Counted from the stretch's first letter, positions 25,750 to 40,790 are shown. The stretch is DNA of 64,000 bases from Epiperipatus broadwayi (GCA_028023455.1 JAQFVV010000003.1:26536001-26600000), one strand, 5' to 3'. A program made the numbers and translations. Notes: a model not told the origin generated them from the sequence alone.

Positions 25750-26370
25750 GACTATATAAAATCTTACAGGCTAGATAAAATCTTATGAACTGTAGCTTGC
25801 ATTTTTTTTTTTTTGCTTTTATATTTCATCCACAGTTAAGAATCCATAATGGATAAACCTACCAGATTTTTTTACAATTACAAAAGAATGTACTATGAAA
25901 ACACCTTTATTCAAGTATTAGTAATTTTTGCTTAAAGATGATGGTTGGTCATGAAAGTGCCAGATATTAGAAGCTTTAGCCATATTTTTGTTTTGTTTTT
26001 TTTTTTAAAAATATTTTTGTTTTTCTCTATATGTTATTCACTGTTGTGAATCTATATATATTATTTATACAACATATGGATAATTGACCTGATTTTTTAA
26101 TTATTCAACTTTTTTACAAAAGTCTTCTTAAAAAAACTAAAAAAGCATATATTTTTATTCCAGTACTGATGGCTCAAGTAAGGGTGGCTAGATATTAGAA
26201 GTTCTCATCTTTTTTTTTTTTTCATTTGTTTTGAAAATAAATTTTTAACATTAAATTGCAAATGTTTTGAATTTTATATTTCATCCATTGTTGAGTATCA
26301 ATATATATTTTTATACATATGAATAAATAGTTTGATCTGATTTTTTAACATATGCAACTTTTTTATTAAT
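25750..26370. repeat. Degenerate ~210-230 bp tandem repeat, about 3 units
   Basis: Recurring blocks agata(tt)agaag, poly-T, atttcatcca/attcactg, catatg(g/a)ataa and ctgattttttaa...caactttttta near 25770, 25960 and 26190. Confidence 0.5.
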
Positions 26371-29300
26371 GAGTAGATTATAAAAACTGTAGTCTTTGTT
26401 TATATTTTTGCAGTTTCCTAGCATTTATCTAAAAGTATTTGAAAAGTAGAAACATTTTAGAATAACAGTATTCTACCTGTATTTGATTTATTTTTAATTT
26501 CACACTATTTCATATGAATATAAAGAAGACTTTGAAAGACTTATAAGAAAAGGTTTTAAAGTAACTTTTTATAGATGATCTGTTATGTTTTATTATATAG
26601 TATGCCATAAATTGAGTACCAAAGTATAGCAAAGTGGATGTATATTTTTTTTCCAATTATGATGTGTTTGAACAAAGAAGAATAAAATTTATATAATTCT
26701 ACTCATAGCAAACTTTATTTAAAGAAAACTAGTGCAAAATTTAACAGATTGCACCTATTCATAAAACAAGTACAGAATTGAATGCAATATGATTTATGCA
26801 TAATAAACTATGCAGGTAACTTCTGAGATCAATTGTCAGTAATAGAATAACTTTTATGATTCTTTATTATGAAAAATTTCAAAAAGGCTGTCATTTATCC
26901 ATCAAAACAAGAGTACCAAAAAAGTAACTACCATCAAATGGCATTCATATGAACTTCTACTCCTATACAAATTAAGTAAGTTGATTCTGACAATAGTTTG
27001 AAGTTTGTGAAAACAGACATGAAATTCAAAATATTTACCTACTAGATTTGTTGAAATAAACTGATAGAATGCCCAGGCTCTGTTTAATATACCCTGATAC
27101 AAGTAGAATAACTTTAATCTGAATACTTATAATTTTAAAAATTTGATTATCCAAATAGACTTTCTGTAGACTTACTGACATTTAACTTTTTATAAGTAAA
27201 TAATACTCCATACTTATTTAAAAATAAAATAACCTAATTTTAATAACCTGCCTGTTTGTTTGTTTCTATCTTAATTCATTACCTTTACTTATTCCATGAT
27301 TATTAATACTATAATTAATTATTAAAAAATGATAATATTCAGTTGCTAAATGGGGGTTGGGGAGAATGAAAAAAAAATTACAAAGCCTTTTAAAAAATTT
27401 TTAAAATATACATTTGATTTCTAAATGGGGGAGAGAAGTTCTAGAAAGAAATTAGTGAAGAAGAAAAAATAATTTTGTAGTTTTAAATTTTTAAAAAAGA
27501 TTACATTGATTCACCTGGATTTTAATCATGAAGTAATCAGTATTATTGTTGCGATTTCTGCTGTATAAAAAATTTTAAAAATGAGCACATACAACAAAGT
27601 TTTGTATTGTTGTAATTAAAATAAATTTATATAGTTTATAGAAAGTAGATTTATATACATAAAACAATAGATAGTAAAATTAATATTTATTTAAATTTTC
27701 AGCAGAGATTGGATGCTTTAAAAAATGTTTATAATGAGTGAGTAAAAATCTATTGATGAAATTTGAAGAATTCATAAATTCCAAAAAAATCAGGAACCAC
27801 AGGTTTCCTATTTAATAATTCAAAGGCATTAGAGTGTATTTCCTATAATATTTAGACTTACAGAATTTTCTGCAATTATTTAGCAAAAGTTGATAATTTG
27901 TTTTACATTACCTCTTTTTGTATATCTGCATGTATAAATATGTATTATATATATATTGTATTTACATTGGTGTGTGCATTGGCTTTCTAAAACAACCATT
28001 AAATAATGAAATTGTGGATTCATCTATTAAATGAATTTTTGTCAAATTTTAAGAAGCAATATATGTATATATAAACAAATATTATCGAGTGTATCACAAA
28101 TGCTTTGTTATGTGGCTCTCATTTAGTACTAAATATATTTTAATATATTCTAATAATTGCCTTTATATGAGATAATAATTTTTCTTTTTTATATATAGTC
28201 ATGATAGTTAGTTATAGAAAAACCATTTTTATTATAGCTATTTTTTTTTTCTAAGTGATTTCTATGACCTGAACGCTCAGGTTTTTCTGCTAAATTTTCT
28301 CTACCATTATGATTATATTGCATAAGGTATTCAAGAAACACAAATTATAATTTTGTAAAATGGCCTTTTCATTTATTTGCTCTGTGATCTAGCAATTTTT
28401 TTTATAAAACTATAACAAAAATTGCATTTCGTGTGATTAATGATTTTTATTCAGAAGATCTACAATGGAAATGAAAATATTAAAATGGTTGATTCTGTTA
28501 GTCTTAATAATCAAAAATTTGTAAAATCAGAATTTTTATTATTTTCTTAATAGTTTTTTTTCATTATATTTACAATATATTTAAATTTTTTTCTGATAAG
28601 TTTTCTAAACTTTTTATGATGACTCTGTATGTCTCATTATAATCTGATTAGCATATCTGTCCATGCTTACAACCTATGTTTAGACTTTATGAATGTTGAA
28701 AATTTGTATTTTTCTTTTAGATAGTTGATCTTCAGCCATCTCAACTAGCCATCTAATATTTATTGTTAAAAAATAAAGTTACCAATTTTCATTAACATTT
28801 TTTAGTCTAGCATAATTTTTCACATTAATTAGTATTTGATAATAGTATAATAGATGTGATAATATGTTGGACTATTTCCAGTATCTATCATTAAATGTTG
28901 AATGTACAGGAAATTTTTAATTTTATTTATTTATTTAGTAATTACACACAAATAAACAACACAGGTTAATAATTACATAATGTTTAGAATAGTATTATTC
29001 TCCACTTTTCTTCAGGTGTGTACAGGACTGAGCAGTGACAATATTACCATAGGAGTCCCTTTAGATTCTTGAATATCAAATTTTAAGGTATATTTTTTTA
29101 TATAAATATTGATTGGTAAACAGGTAGCTAGTTATTGTCTATAGAACAATGGTTCTAGCTAATTTGAATGGTTTGATTTGTGTCAATGCACTAATTGTAA
29201 AAAAAAAAAACACAATGTAATTGTAATATCATGTAGCTTTCATTATTTCTGAAAGAGGCGTTTTATTTGACAGACACAAAGCTATAACTTTCCTTTATCT

Positions 29301-29679
29301 GTTTTATATATTTGAGAGTATTAAACTTAATATACTTTTTCATTGACACTTAAATATCAGCTAGAAATAGTCTTTCTCATTTCCCATATTTAAATCAACT
29401 CTGTAAATTTATGGAGTCAGTTGAACTAGGTCACAGTATAAATAATTTTACAAACATTTTCAAAATAGTTGTTTATAATATAGTCATCTTTTGCTATATC
29501 TTTTACTCATTTTATACTGTTTAAGTTAATGATTTAAATATTTGTAATATTCTAAGGTTTTGAACTTATATCACCTACTCTTTTTCACTATATAACAATG
29601 CAGATTAAATGTAAATTAGAATATTTTGATATATGTAAGCATCCATGTGAATACAGCAATATTGGATTACATTTTGACT

Positions 29680-31779
29680 AACAGAAAATATGTATTGTAA
29701 TGTTCTTAATAAATTTGACACAGGAAGTGATCATCAATTAGTGAGATGTAAAATATATATTAATGCAAAACTAGAGACACAAAAATTATTAAGAAAAACA
29801 ATATTCATAGTTGATATGTCCAATCTTCAGAAACATTACAATGAATTTAAATTAGAATTTGCAAATCATTTTCAAATATTAACAGAATTTGAACATGATT
29901 CAGATTTGTCTGAAATCAATAGGCAGATAACTGATATACTTTTAAAAACTGCAACAAAGATAGCTGTTCAAAAAAGCAACAATTGATTAGTAAATTTTTT
30001 ATAAAGCAAGACAATTTATGAAAAAAATAAGGAATATGAAAATAATGCATAAAGAATGATAAAATATCTGGATTTTTGTAAAATGTTGCAAAAAAGAGTT
30101 GATAGTTATATAAAAAAATATAATTGAGAATTACAAGGAAAGCTATAGAAGATAATAAAACTCTCAAGAGTGTAAAACAACAAATTGGTATTGATAGAAA
30201 ACTTATTTCTGCAATAAGAAAAAAAGATGGAATTATTACTAAAAAGAGAGATGGCTTCATGAAATTTGTAGAAGAGTTCTGTCCAGAAATACATAGCACT
30301 AAAGAACAAGAAAAAATACATTCTACAATTACTATATCTTCTGAATTACCATGATTTTAAATGAAGAGATGAGACATGCAATTAACTGTATGAAGAAGGG
30401 AAAATCTCCAGGTAATGATGGAATTACAATCGATATCTTAAAAGAAGCATGAAGAAATAGAATTTTTTTTAACAAAATTATATACAACTGTCTTAATGAT
30501 AAAGACATGCCAGATTGATTGGAAGAATGCAATATTAATATTTAAAAGAAGTGATAAAGAAGGTATCAGAAATTAAAGACCTATCATTCTTTTATCACTT
30601 CTATACAAAATTTTTACTAAAATAATTGCAACTCATCTACAGTGAACTTTGGATTTTAATGAACCAAAAGAACAAGTTGGAATTAAAAGAAATGTTAGTA
30701 TAGTGTTATCATATTTAAGTTATTGGAAGGACCAATGAATATGAGTTGCTGTTATGCTTTGGATTTATAGATTATGAAAAGGCATTTGATTCTATAATCA
30801 TTTCTTCAGTGATTAAAGTATTGGATCATCAAGATTTAGATACAGGAAATTTTTATATTCTGAAGAATATTTATAAAAATGCAACAGCATATTAGATTAC
30901 TTAATGATACTAAAAAGATTAAAGATGAGATGGGTATATGACAAAGTGACTTCATATCTCCAAAACTTTTTATAGCAGTTTTGCAAGAAGTGTTTTGTGG
31001 ATTAAGGGAGTAAAAGTAAATGAAAATTATTAGTCATTTAGATTTTACATATGATGTAGTTGTTTTTGAAAATAATGTTTTTGGGCTTGAGAAAATTTTG
31101 CAAGAGTTATCAGATGAAAGTAAGAAAGTAGGATTAAAGGTAAATGTTAAAAGATTAAAATAATGCTCAATGGATTTTTTCAAAAGAAGAAATTAAAGAT
31201 TGATAATGATGAGTTAGAAGAAATAAACAACTATAAATATCTTGGTCATCTTATTACTACAGATGGATATAATGGATGAAATTAATCATAGAATTGAATT
31301 TGGTAGAAATAATATTAAAATGAAATATGCCTATGTGTTTGAAAATGAAGGTTTTAAATAAGTGTGTTTCACTAATTTTTACTTATGGACCTGAGACTTG
31401 GACACTTAACAGAAGAGCAGTGTAGAAACTTCAGACCACTCAATAAAGTGTAGAGAGATGCATATTAGAAGCAACAAGAAGAGATCAAAAATTAAATACA
31501 TGGATGAAAGAACAAACAGGTGTTATTGACATCATTGAAAGAAGTGGAGTTGGTCTGGATATGTTGCTAGATGATAATAGATAGACAGTTGAAATCTTAA
31601 ACTTGATTCCAAGAGTTTGTAAAAGTTCTAGAAAGAGACCACATTGAGATGATTGGATGAAATAAGAAAGTATGTGGGGTGATGTGAAGAAGAAAGACTA
31701 GAGATTGGAAAAGATGGATTGAACTTGGAGAGGTCTTCAATCTGTAGTGGATCGATAATGTTTGAAAATGATGATGATG
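29680..31779 (+). mobile_element. RTE-clade LINE, 5'-truncated and decayed
   Basis: APE C-terminus (TGSDHQLV), RT remnants (gattatgaaaaggcatttgat = DYEKAFD) and a 3' (ATG)n tail at 31768-79. Colinear with 58109-60600. Confidence 0.9.
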
Positions 31780-32369
31780 TAATTAAATATCTGCATTCGT
31801 GTTTATTTGAAAACTTATCCACATTGAATTATTGAGTCATCTGCATTTTCTTTCTATATTTAAATCTATCCTTTGAATAAATAAATTTATTTGGAAAAAG
31901 TTGCATAGGCTATATATATATGAATTTCAAAATCTATTTAACAGCAAAGATATCATGTCACAAAATAATAAGCCTAATCTTGTAAGAACAACTTATAAAA
32001 CTATTAATAACAACAAAACGTTATTTTTTCCTCCGCAGTAACAATCTGAACCAATCTGTGAAGTACAAATTATATTAACGTCCTATATATAGCACATGTG
32101 CCATGCTTAGTACGTCAACGATTATCAATGGCTCTCAGAATAAATTGAAATAGTAAAAAAATATATTGCATTCAACATTGAATTTATGATTAAATCATTA
32201 TTTATCAGAAAATAATACACTTGACTTCATTTAAAAGATATTTTTGTTTGCAAGCGAAATAAATTCTAAATATTCATATTTTACTTCTGATTATATTAAA
32301 AAATGAGATCGTAATCCAAATAAAAAGCTTATTATGTTATCAATTCTAGACTATTTTCAGTAGTTGAAT

Positions 32370-32830
32370 AGTAAATAATCAACGATTCACTAATAAGAGA
32401 ATGTGGGGATATAATTGCAAGGGAAAATAGAAGCAGGTATGTAAGTGTATGTTTGCCTGGAGCTAGAATTAGGGATGTGACAGATAAAATAAGAAAGCAA
32501 GGTAGTAGAGATGTATATGTTATGATAGGGACTAATAATTTATTAGAGCCATCAGAGAGAGTAATGGATGAGTACGTAGAATTGATTAGGAATTTGAGGG
32601 AGATTAAAGGAAGAGTAGGGGTAGTTGGAATATTACCAAGATTTGACAAGAGGCATTTGTTAGATAGGGCATGTTATATAAATGAAGAGATTGAAAAAAT
32701 TGTGTGAGAGAAATAATGTTGTGTTTGTGGATGTATGGGATTGGTTTATTGGAAAGAGGGAGTTATATAGTAAAGATGGATTGCACTTATGAAAACAAGG
32801 AAGTGAAGTTTTAGAGAGTCTCATATTTAA
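32370..32830 (+). pseudogene. LINE ORF1 SGNH/GDSL esterase domain, disrupted
   Basis: Block I (NDS), block III (GTNN) and block V (DGLHL) are recognisable. ORF track 32453-32707. Confidence 0.8.
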
Positions 32831-33069
32831 AAAATGTAATTCGGGAAACTTTTAAAAGGGGGGGGGGGCTTTTAAATTGTAATATTATCAAAAAGAAGAA
32901 GAATGGATGGGATATAAGAAATAAGCAAAAGATGGTTGATTTAGATATAAGTGTAGGTGTAGAGAAGGAATGGATTTGTAAGATTAATGGTTAGAAAGTT
33001 TGTTGTAAATGTAATGGAGAATAAAGAATCAAAAAATTTATAAAAGAGTAGTTAGGAAAGAAGAAATTG

Positions 33070-36000
33070 TTAAAATTGGGGTTTTGAATATGCAAGGTGG
33101 TAGGAGACCAGAAAAGTGGCTGGAATTAAATAAAGCAATTGAAAATGAAGAGCTTGAGATATTAGCAGTAGTGGAAACTCATCTAAGAGAAGAAGAACCT
33201 ATTTTGGAAGAGGTGGTATGGCAGGGTATAAGTAGAAAAGAAAAAGAAAAGGGAGTGGTGGTATAGGTGTTATATCGAAAAAATATTTAAATATTGTTAA
33301 ATGTCAAGAGCATTTATGGTTTGAAATAAGGTTGGGTAGACAAGAATGGATGGAGGCTATAGTGTACATAGCCACTGGAGATAGTCAAACTGTAATGGAG
33401 TGGAACAGTAGTATATATATGAAATGCCTAGTTAAGGATATACAGAGTTTTAAAGAAAAAGGGAAGAGAATAGTGGTTATAAGGGATGTGAATGGACATA
33501 TTGAAGAAATTGATGATGTAGGTAATAAGAATGGCCAGTTTTTGAAGGAATTTTGTCAAATAGTAAATTTGAGCTTTGGGAAATTATCCAATATTTATGA
33601 GGGACAATACACATGGTCTAGGGATAATATATTTCACCCAATACATTATGTATTGGTAGAGAAAGAGGGAATGAATTAAATATGGAAAATTAAGGTGTTT
33701 GATAATGAAGAGAGGATATGTAATAGTGATCATAACTTTATTGTAATAGAAATGATTAGTAATGTGATGGAGGATGGATAGAAATGAAGGTAGAAACAAT
33801 AGTGAAAGATGTGGATGGAGAGTGAATGATAAGAATAAGTTGGGAAGAGTATAAAATAAAAGTTGAAAAAGCCATGGAATAGTTGGTTGGAGATGAGTAT
33901 AAGGACTGGGGTGGTGAAATAGAAAAAGTGGCAAATAGGGTTTTAGTTGAGAATATGCAGAAGAATAAAAGTAATAAAAAATGATAGTAAAAGTGTAAAA
34001 GAGCGGAAAGAAGCATGCAGAGAATATAAGGGTGCTATTAAAAACAAGGAAAGTGAAATAATATTAATGCTAAATGGGGAAAGTACTTAGAAAAGAAGTT
34101 GGCTAAAATGGATATGTTGAATAATAAATTGTTGGAGGATATTAATAAAAGTGGAAGAGACAGGAGTAAAAAATGTTGGAATTACATTAAAAGAAGAAAT
34201 GTAGGGGAAAGAGAGATAGTATTAATAGATGATGAGGGAATAGAGTATAGCTCTAGAGAAGAGGTAGAGAGAATCTTAAATAGATATGTAATGGATATAG
34301 AAAGATGTTAGTTGTGAAGGACTTAGTGATAGAAAACATGAAAGCATTTAGTAATGGAAATATTAGGTTCATAAAAATGAACTGAATGAGGCAGGGAAGA
34401 AATTGAAAAGTGAAAGGTGAGAGATTTAGATGGATGGACAACAGAGATGGTGATGAATTTAGGGCATAGAGCAAAAGCAAAGTTATTTATCATGTTTTAA
34501 TAAGATGGCACAGAAGAGTTTTTCTGGGTAGTTGGAGTAATACAAGAATAAGAATATTATTTAAAGGAAAAGGTAAGGATCATAGAAAGTTAAATAATTA
34601 TAGACCAATAGTGGTAACATAAGTTTTATATAAAGTTTTCTCATATATGGTGGCTGGAAGAGTTGTAAAATGGATGGAAGAGAATAATGTAGTGGGGGAA
34701 ATGCAAGGAGGTTTTAGGTCAGATATGCATAAGGGAGATAGTTTGTTTGTAGTTACACAACTTATGGAGATGAGTAGGAATTCAGGTAGATCATTATATA
34801 TGAGTTTTATAGATATAGAGAAAGCATATGATAGAGTAAATAAAAATAGATTATGGGTAAGGTTAGCAAATTTGGGAATGGATGAAGCTTTAGTAGATAT
34901 TATTAAGAAATTATATGAAAATAATTATTATACTTACCAATTAGGGGATATAGAATCAGTTAAAGTTAAAAATGGGATGGTATTAAGGCAAGGATGCCCT
35001 ATGTCACCTATTTTGTTTTTGTTGTATTTGAGTGAAATGGAGAAAGCAATAGAAAGAATAGGAAGATGGATAGAGATACCGGTAATAGGTGACAATGGAG
35101 TATATACTTTGTAGGGTCTTTTTTTTGTGGATATCTTTCTGTGTGCAGAAAGAAGAGAAGATATGGAAGTTATGTTGAGGACATGTGCATGGGTGGGTAA
35201 AGAGATGGGGATTAAATTTAGTGAAGAAAAATCAAATATAATGATGGTTAATACTGGGGAAAGAGAAGATGTAGAATTTTTATTGGGGGATATAAAGTTA
35301 AGTGTGGTGGATAAATATAGGTATTTGGGAATCATCTTATGTAATCAGGAAAATTGCTTGGATGAATGGGAGAAAAAATTGGTAAATGAAGCAAAGAAAA
35401 GAAAGGGTTTGGTAAAGAAACTAACAGTATTTTCATATAATAAATATGATGTAGCTAGAATTGTATGGAAGGAAGTTGCAGTAGCAGGGTTAACATATGG
35501 TAATGATGCATTATGTGTTAGTAAAAGGGTTTTAGATTATTTAGAGAAAGTACAAAGGGAAGTAGGAAGACATGCATTAGATGCAGAGATGTGGACAGCA
35601 AAGGAGGCAATTCAAGGAGAAATGGGATGGTCAAGTTTTTATATGAGAGATGCAAAAATTAAAATTAAAATGTTTGGTAGGTTGCAGTTTATGGCTAATA
35701 AAAGAATAGTCAAAATAGTGTTTAATTGGGTTATGAGTAAAGGGCAGGTAACAAGATGGGTGAGAAAGGTAATGTGGTATGCAAAAGATTTGGATAAAGA
35801 ATTTATATCAGTTTACTTGTATAAAAGGTGGGATGATTGTGTTAGGAGGATTGTTGAGTGTTACAGTGGTAAGGAATGGGATAAAAGAATAGATGCATTA
35901 ATAAAAAATACGGAGTTGGAGAGTTGGAGAACTAGTATGGAGGGTAAGAAGAGTTTAAATATATATAGAAGTAAATGGAACATTGGATGCGAGTTAATTT

Positions 36001-36353
36001 ATGATAATAGTAAAGAAAGTAGTTTATTGTTTAAGGCTCGAACGGGATCTTTAGCAACAAGAAAATATACATGTAAATGGAAAGCTATGGGCAATTTAGT
36101 GTGCAAATTGTGTAAGGAAGGTATAGAAAATATTAGGCATCTGTTGATTGAATGTAAATGCTTGAAAGCAGAAAGGGTACAGATAATGAAGTTATGGGGG
36201 AATAGATATGAACAAAGTAATTACACAGAAAGTGAGGTATTGGTTTTTATGCTGGATTTGCGAAAAGATAAGGGGTATTTAGATATAAAGGCCATAGAGT
36301 TGACAAAGATTAGGTTGTGGAAATGGGATGGGGCAGAATATGGGAAGACTTAG
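33070..36353 (+). pseudogene. LINE ORF2 (endonuclease, reverse transcriptase, zinc finger), disrupted
   Basis: ORF-track pieces 33084-33266, 33332-33679, 34099-34311, 34647-35114 and 35127-36353. There is an in-frame TAG at 35112-14 and the catalytic FADD motif is reduced to FVD-I. Confidence 0.9.
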
Positions 36354-36487
36354 AATGGGCAATGGGAAATAAGGTGGCTAACAGGTTTATGTGGGCATAA
36401 TTGCTGAGATATTCTTGACTTCGTTTAAGGAGAAGCCAAAATATATCACATCACATCTCATGGCATACTGACTGAGAGATTCCCAAA

Positions 36488-38352
36488 ATGTACCACAAAA
36501 GACAAAAACATGATATTCGCTCTTTTCAAGACTCTTGGACAAATGAATATGGATTTGTACAGCAAAAAGATCATACTGTGTGTACATTATGCTGTGAAAC
36601 TATTGTGTGTCGTACCTCAACTGTACAAAGGCATTATCAAACTAAACATGTGTTTATGTTTAAAAACTCAGATGAGAAAAGTGGAGCTATAAAAAGAGCT
36701 GCTTCTGCCTTTAAAAAACAAACCACTTATTTTAGTCAAATAATTGGAACCCAAAATAAAACCACTGAATGTAGTTATATAATTGCTCATTGTGTGGCTT
36801 TGAAAGGCAAATATTTCACAGATGGACATTACACCAAAGAAACGTTTTTTTGAAAAGTGCTGAAATCTTATTCAGTGATCTACCAAATAAACAAACAAAT
36901 ATACTGTTTTGAATTCGAGAAATACCAACTTCTGCAAGATCAATTCAAAGAATAATAACTGGCATGGCTGAAGATATAACAACTAAACAGAAAACCAGTT
37001 TACAACAAGCTGTTGCATTCAGTGTTGCAGTTGATAAAAGCACTAATGTAAATGATGTGGTGCATCTAGCAATAGTTGCATGATATTGTGACAACCCTCA
37101 TATTTATGAAGAATTGTGTTGCTTGATTCCTTTTACTGGTATAACAAAGAAACATGATATTTTCACTGCATTTTTCAATTATTTTGAAAATCAGAAAATT
37201 AACATAAAACAATATTTAGTGTCTTACTGATGCCAGCCGTGCAATGGTCAATGGTTGGAAAGAAAAAGGAATTTGTTAAACTTTTTGAAAATCATATTAA
37301 ACATCGAATATTGAGTTTCCACTGCATTATACACCAGGAAAATTTAGTTACAAAAATCTCATCACAATGCTTGGATTCTGTAATGGATACTGCCATTAAA
37401 ATAATTAATTTCACAGTTTCTCATTTTTCATTGACACAGGCAATTTAAATCCCTTTTTCAAGAAATGAATAGTACATATATAGACCTCCCTCTATACAGC
37501 AATGTTTATTGGATTAGTCGAGGTAATATCTTGAACAGGTTTGTATCATATCAAAGAAATCAAGATGTTTCTTGATGAAAAAGAACAACATTATCTGGAA
37601 ATAAATGATGAAGACTGGTTATGCAAATTGATGTTTCTGACTGATATAACTCAACACTTGAATGAGTTAAACTTGCATTTGCAAGGGAAGGGTCAAACAG
37701 TACTAGAACTTTCTGAATATTGGAAAGAATTTGCATCAAAATTAGATATATTTTGATGTGATATTACCACTAACACCTACAAGTATTTTCCAAATGTAAA
37801 GGTCCATGCAATCAATTTAACATTAACAAAGATAAAAAATATATTGAAGGTCTCAGAGAAGACTTTTCCAAATGATGTTAAGACTTCCAAATACACACAC
37901 CTATATTTTCTTTCCTCGTCAAACCTGACTTACTTGATTTAAAGATGACTCCATTTGATTTATCACTTTTTGAGTGGATGGATATTGATAGTTTTGAAAT
38001 GGAATTAATCAAATTAATGTCATCAGAATTGTGGAAAACTAAATTTGTAGAATTGTGGAAAACTCTTGAAGGGAACTGTCTAGAAAAGTTGATTGTCATT
38101 CTCAATTATTGGATATCATTATCTGAAAGATTTAATTCTTTGGAAAAAAACTGCTTGTGCTCTGCTTTTGGCATTTGGTTCAACTTAACTTATGTGAACA
38201 ATTTTTTTCACATATGAAAAATATTTTTGAGTTCTCAAAGAAGTTACCTAACACCTGAACATTTACAAGCATATGTGAAGCTAAAAGTGACCAATTACAT
38301 AACTGACATTGAGCAATTGAGCAAAGAGGTACAAGAGCAAGGTTCACATTAA
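36488..38352 (+). pseudogene. Disrupted hAT transposase (GTF2IRD2/EPM2AIP1-like)
   Basis: BED-like CTLC...RHYQTKH, FHCIIHQENL, LMFLTDITQHLNELNLHLQG and terminal QGSH*. Confidence 0.9.
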
Positions 38353-40433
38353 TTTATTTTAATTTTAAAAAATGGCTAATCATATTAGAATTCATGATAT
38401 TTTTTTCTTATTTAAATTATATATTTTGTATAGGTAAAAAGTTGTAATTTATAATTTTGTAATATAATTTTTAATAAGCATGTTAAAAATTACAAATTTT
38501 AAAAAATGTACTTTTCACATGATTTTAAGTATTTTAAAATATTGAGTAACCAATAACATAAGATCCAGTTATAATGGACTTCAAAAGTAATAATTATATA
38601 GTAATATATATTATATACTATAATATTATATATAACTTTGATATAACAACCAATTTTGATAATATAATAAGATTGGTAAAATCATGTTGGCACGTGGAAT
38701 AACATTGTAACATAGGTTCGGCACTACACTACTAAAAGGTTGCCCACCCCTGCAATAGAATATTAAAACAAAGCAATAACATTTCACCATTGTCAATGGT
38801 AGTTTAACACTCATCTTTTTAAGACAATTTATTCTAGAATCTCAATATTAGAGATATATCATTAGTGTTAATAAGATTTTATTTATATATCCACATATGC
38901 AACTGATCCTTTTATTTATTTGATATCTAAATTTAAAAACGAAATTCAATTTCATATCATTTTATTGGTGAAAAAATACTGCATCCTATATAATTTTGAG
39001 CTTTTTTTTCCATCTACTAAATTTGTTAATATATATATCATTTATAAATTAATATATATAAAATTAATTGTTTAAATGCTGTCAATTTAATAGTTATTAT
39101 CAAATCATTTGAACTACAGTTTTTATTATTAATTCTCATCAGAAAAACAAATTTGTATTATAATAGAAAATCATAGTTAAAATGATTTGATAATAACTTA
39201 AATTTAAACAATGTTTTTATTGTAAAAACTGCATAATGGAAAGTTTTTATATTTGAAAACATTGCCATAATTTGATGAATATAAAATCATTTTTGATTGA
39301 TTACCATTCATAACAAAAATTTTCTTTGACCTTGTCCAAATATTTTCCTTTCACCTCTATAAAAACTCACAACAAAGGCTAAAACTTAAACATTTCTGAC
39401 TTTCTAGATATTTCATTGTTAACTCTGTCCAGAATCAGTCTGCTCTTAAGTTTTCAAACTGGAGTGCTATTTGTTATGATAAAAGGTGGCCCAAACTATT
39501 AATGTCTTCATATTTACTCATAATCTCATTTTTTCACTTTGATGTTTAACTTTTTTAGTAATGCTTCATCATCGCTATCTTCAACCATTATTAATCTATT
39601 GTAGGATGAAGGTTTTTCAAAATTTAATATATTTTCCATTTATAACATGTCTTCTTTATATCATATCAGCATACTATCTTATTTCAGCCATCCATCTCTC
39701 ATGTGGTCACTTTCTGGATCTTGGGATCCAATGTAAAACTTCAACTATCTAATTATTATCATGTCTTATAACAATATTTCCAGTTCATCTACATTTCAGT
39801 ATTTTAATTTTTTTAATTATGTTTTCTATATATATTTTTTGATCTCTTCTTTTTTACTCTAACATGCATTTTTCCAAACCTTTTTGAATAGTTTGAAGTC
39901 TATTGCTCTGTTTTTTATGTGTCCAATTCTCAGATCCATAAGTAAGAATTGTTAAAATGTATACATTAAAACCTTTCTATTCTAATACATAGGCATATTT
40001 CTTTTTTAATATTAAGTTATTTCTATCAAAAGCACTCCATCGAAGTTTAATTTTATGATTAATTTATTCATTATGTTTCAATCTACATTAATAATCTGAG
40101 CAAGATATTTATAATTTTTAACATCTTCTAATTCATCATTATCAATCTTTTATTTTTTTCTGAGAAGATCCATTAACATTATTTTAGTTTTTTTTTTTTT
40201 TTTAGTAATTATCTTTAGTTCTACTTTTGCATTTTGATCTAATAACTTTTATAACATTTTCTGGAACTTTGGAGTATTATTGGGGAGGGGGGGACTACAT
40301 CCTTTGCAAGATCTAGATGTCATAAATAATCTGCATTTACTTTTATTCCTTTAGCTTCTCATGCTAATCCACAAAATACTTATTGTAAAACTATTGCAAA
40401 AAGTTTTGGAAATCTGTAGTCATCTTGTCATAT

Positions 40434-40790
40434 AATAACTGAAATACAGGCTTATTATATACCTGTATCAATATATGTAATATATAAGTTCTATGAGCAC
40501 AGACTTTCACATGACCCACCACTCTCCACTCCATCTCATAACACTGATACACTGAACATATATATGCCAAAAAGATAAATAATCACCAATAAACGTATTT
40601 CATGCTAAACCAGCAATCATCAGTTGGTCCAGATTATCATCTCTACACATATATGCAATAAGTGCTCAGATATATATTAAGATAGCCAATCTTCATACTT
40701 TAATGGACAGGCTTCAATCCACTTCAACTGTCCATCAAATTGAAAATCTGATGATGGAAAGCTCAAAGTCTACACTAAGGCCAAGATTCC
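40434..40790 (-). mobile_element. Hammerhead-bearing element, subfamily 1, 357 bp, delimited by a target-site duplication
   Basis: tgtcatat at 40426-33 and 40791-98 flanks the insert, and removing it restores RTE colinearity. The HHR is at 40627-40586. Confidence 0.85.
40586..40627 (-). ncRNA. Type I minimal hammerhead ribozyme (core intact; 10.1 G>U)
   Basis: Minus strand: ccaa CUGAUGA uugcugguuuagcau GAAA uacguu U A uugg. Confidence 0.75.

Larger units (their letters stand above)
32370..36457 (+). mobile_element. Near full-length non-LTR retrotransposon with SGNH-esterase ORF1 and APE-RT-CCHC ORF2 (RTEX-like)
   Basis: ORF1 reads (G>N)DSLIRE...CLPGARIRDV...IGTNN...DGLHL. ORF2 contains LNMQG...VVETHL, GEMQGGFR, FIDIEKAYDRV, LRQGCPMSPILF and CKLCKEGIENIRHLLIEC. 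The tail is (cacat)n. Confidence 0.9.
32080..38752 (+). mobile_element. hAT DNA transposon (Charlie/SPIN, GTF2IRD2-like) interrupted by a LINE; 5' boundary approximate
   Basis: 3' TIR aaaaggttgcccacccctg ends at 38752, followed by caaTAgaa. The 5' TIR was not found. A subterminal-like agcacatgtgcca is at ~32091. Confidence 0.65.

Noticed and set aside
40748-40760. ctgatga-tg-gaaa looks like a second hammerhead core on the opposite strand
   Set aside because: There is no helix II between the core halves, and the motif is not conserved in the copies at 55446 and ~19690-19705.
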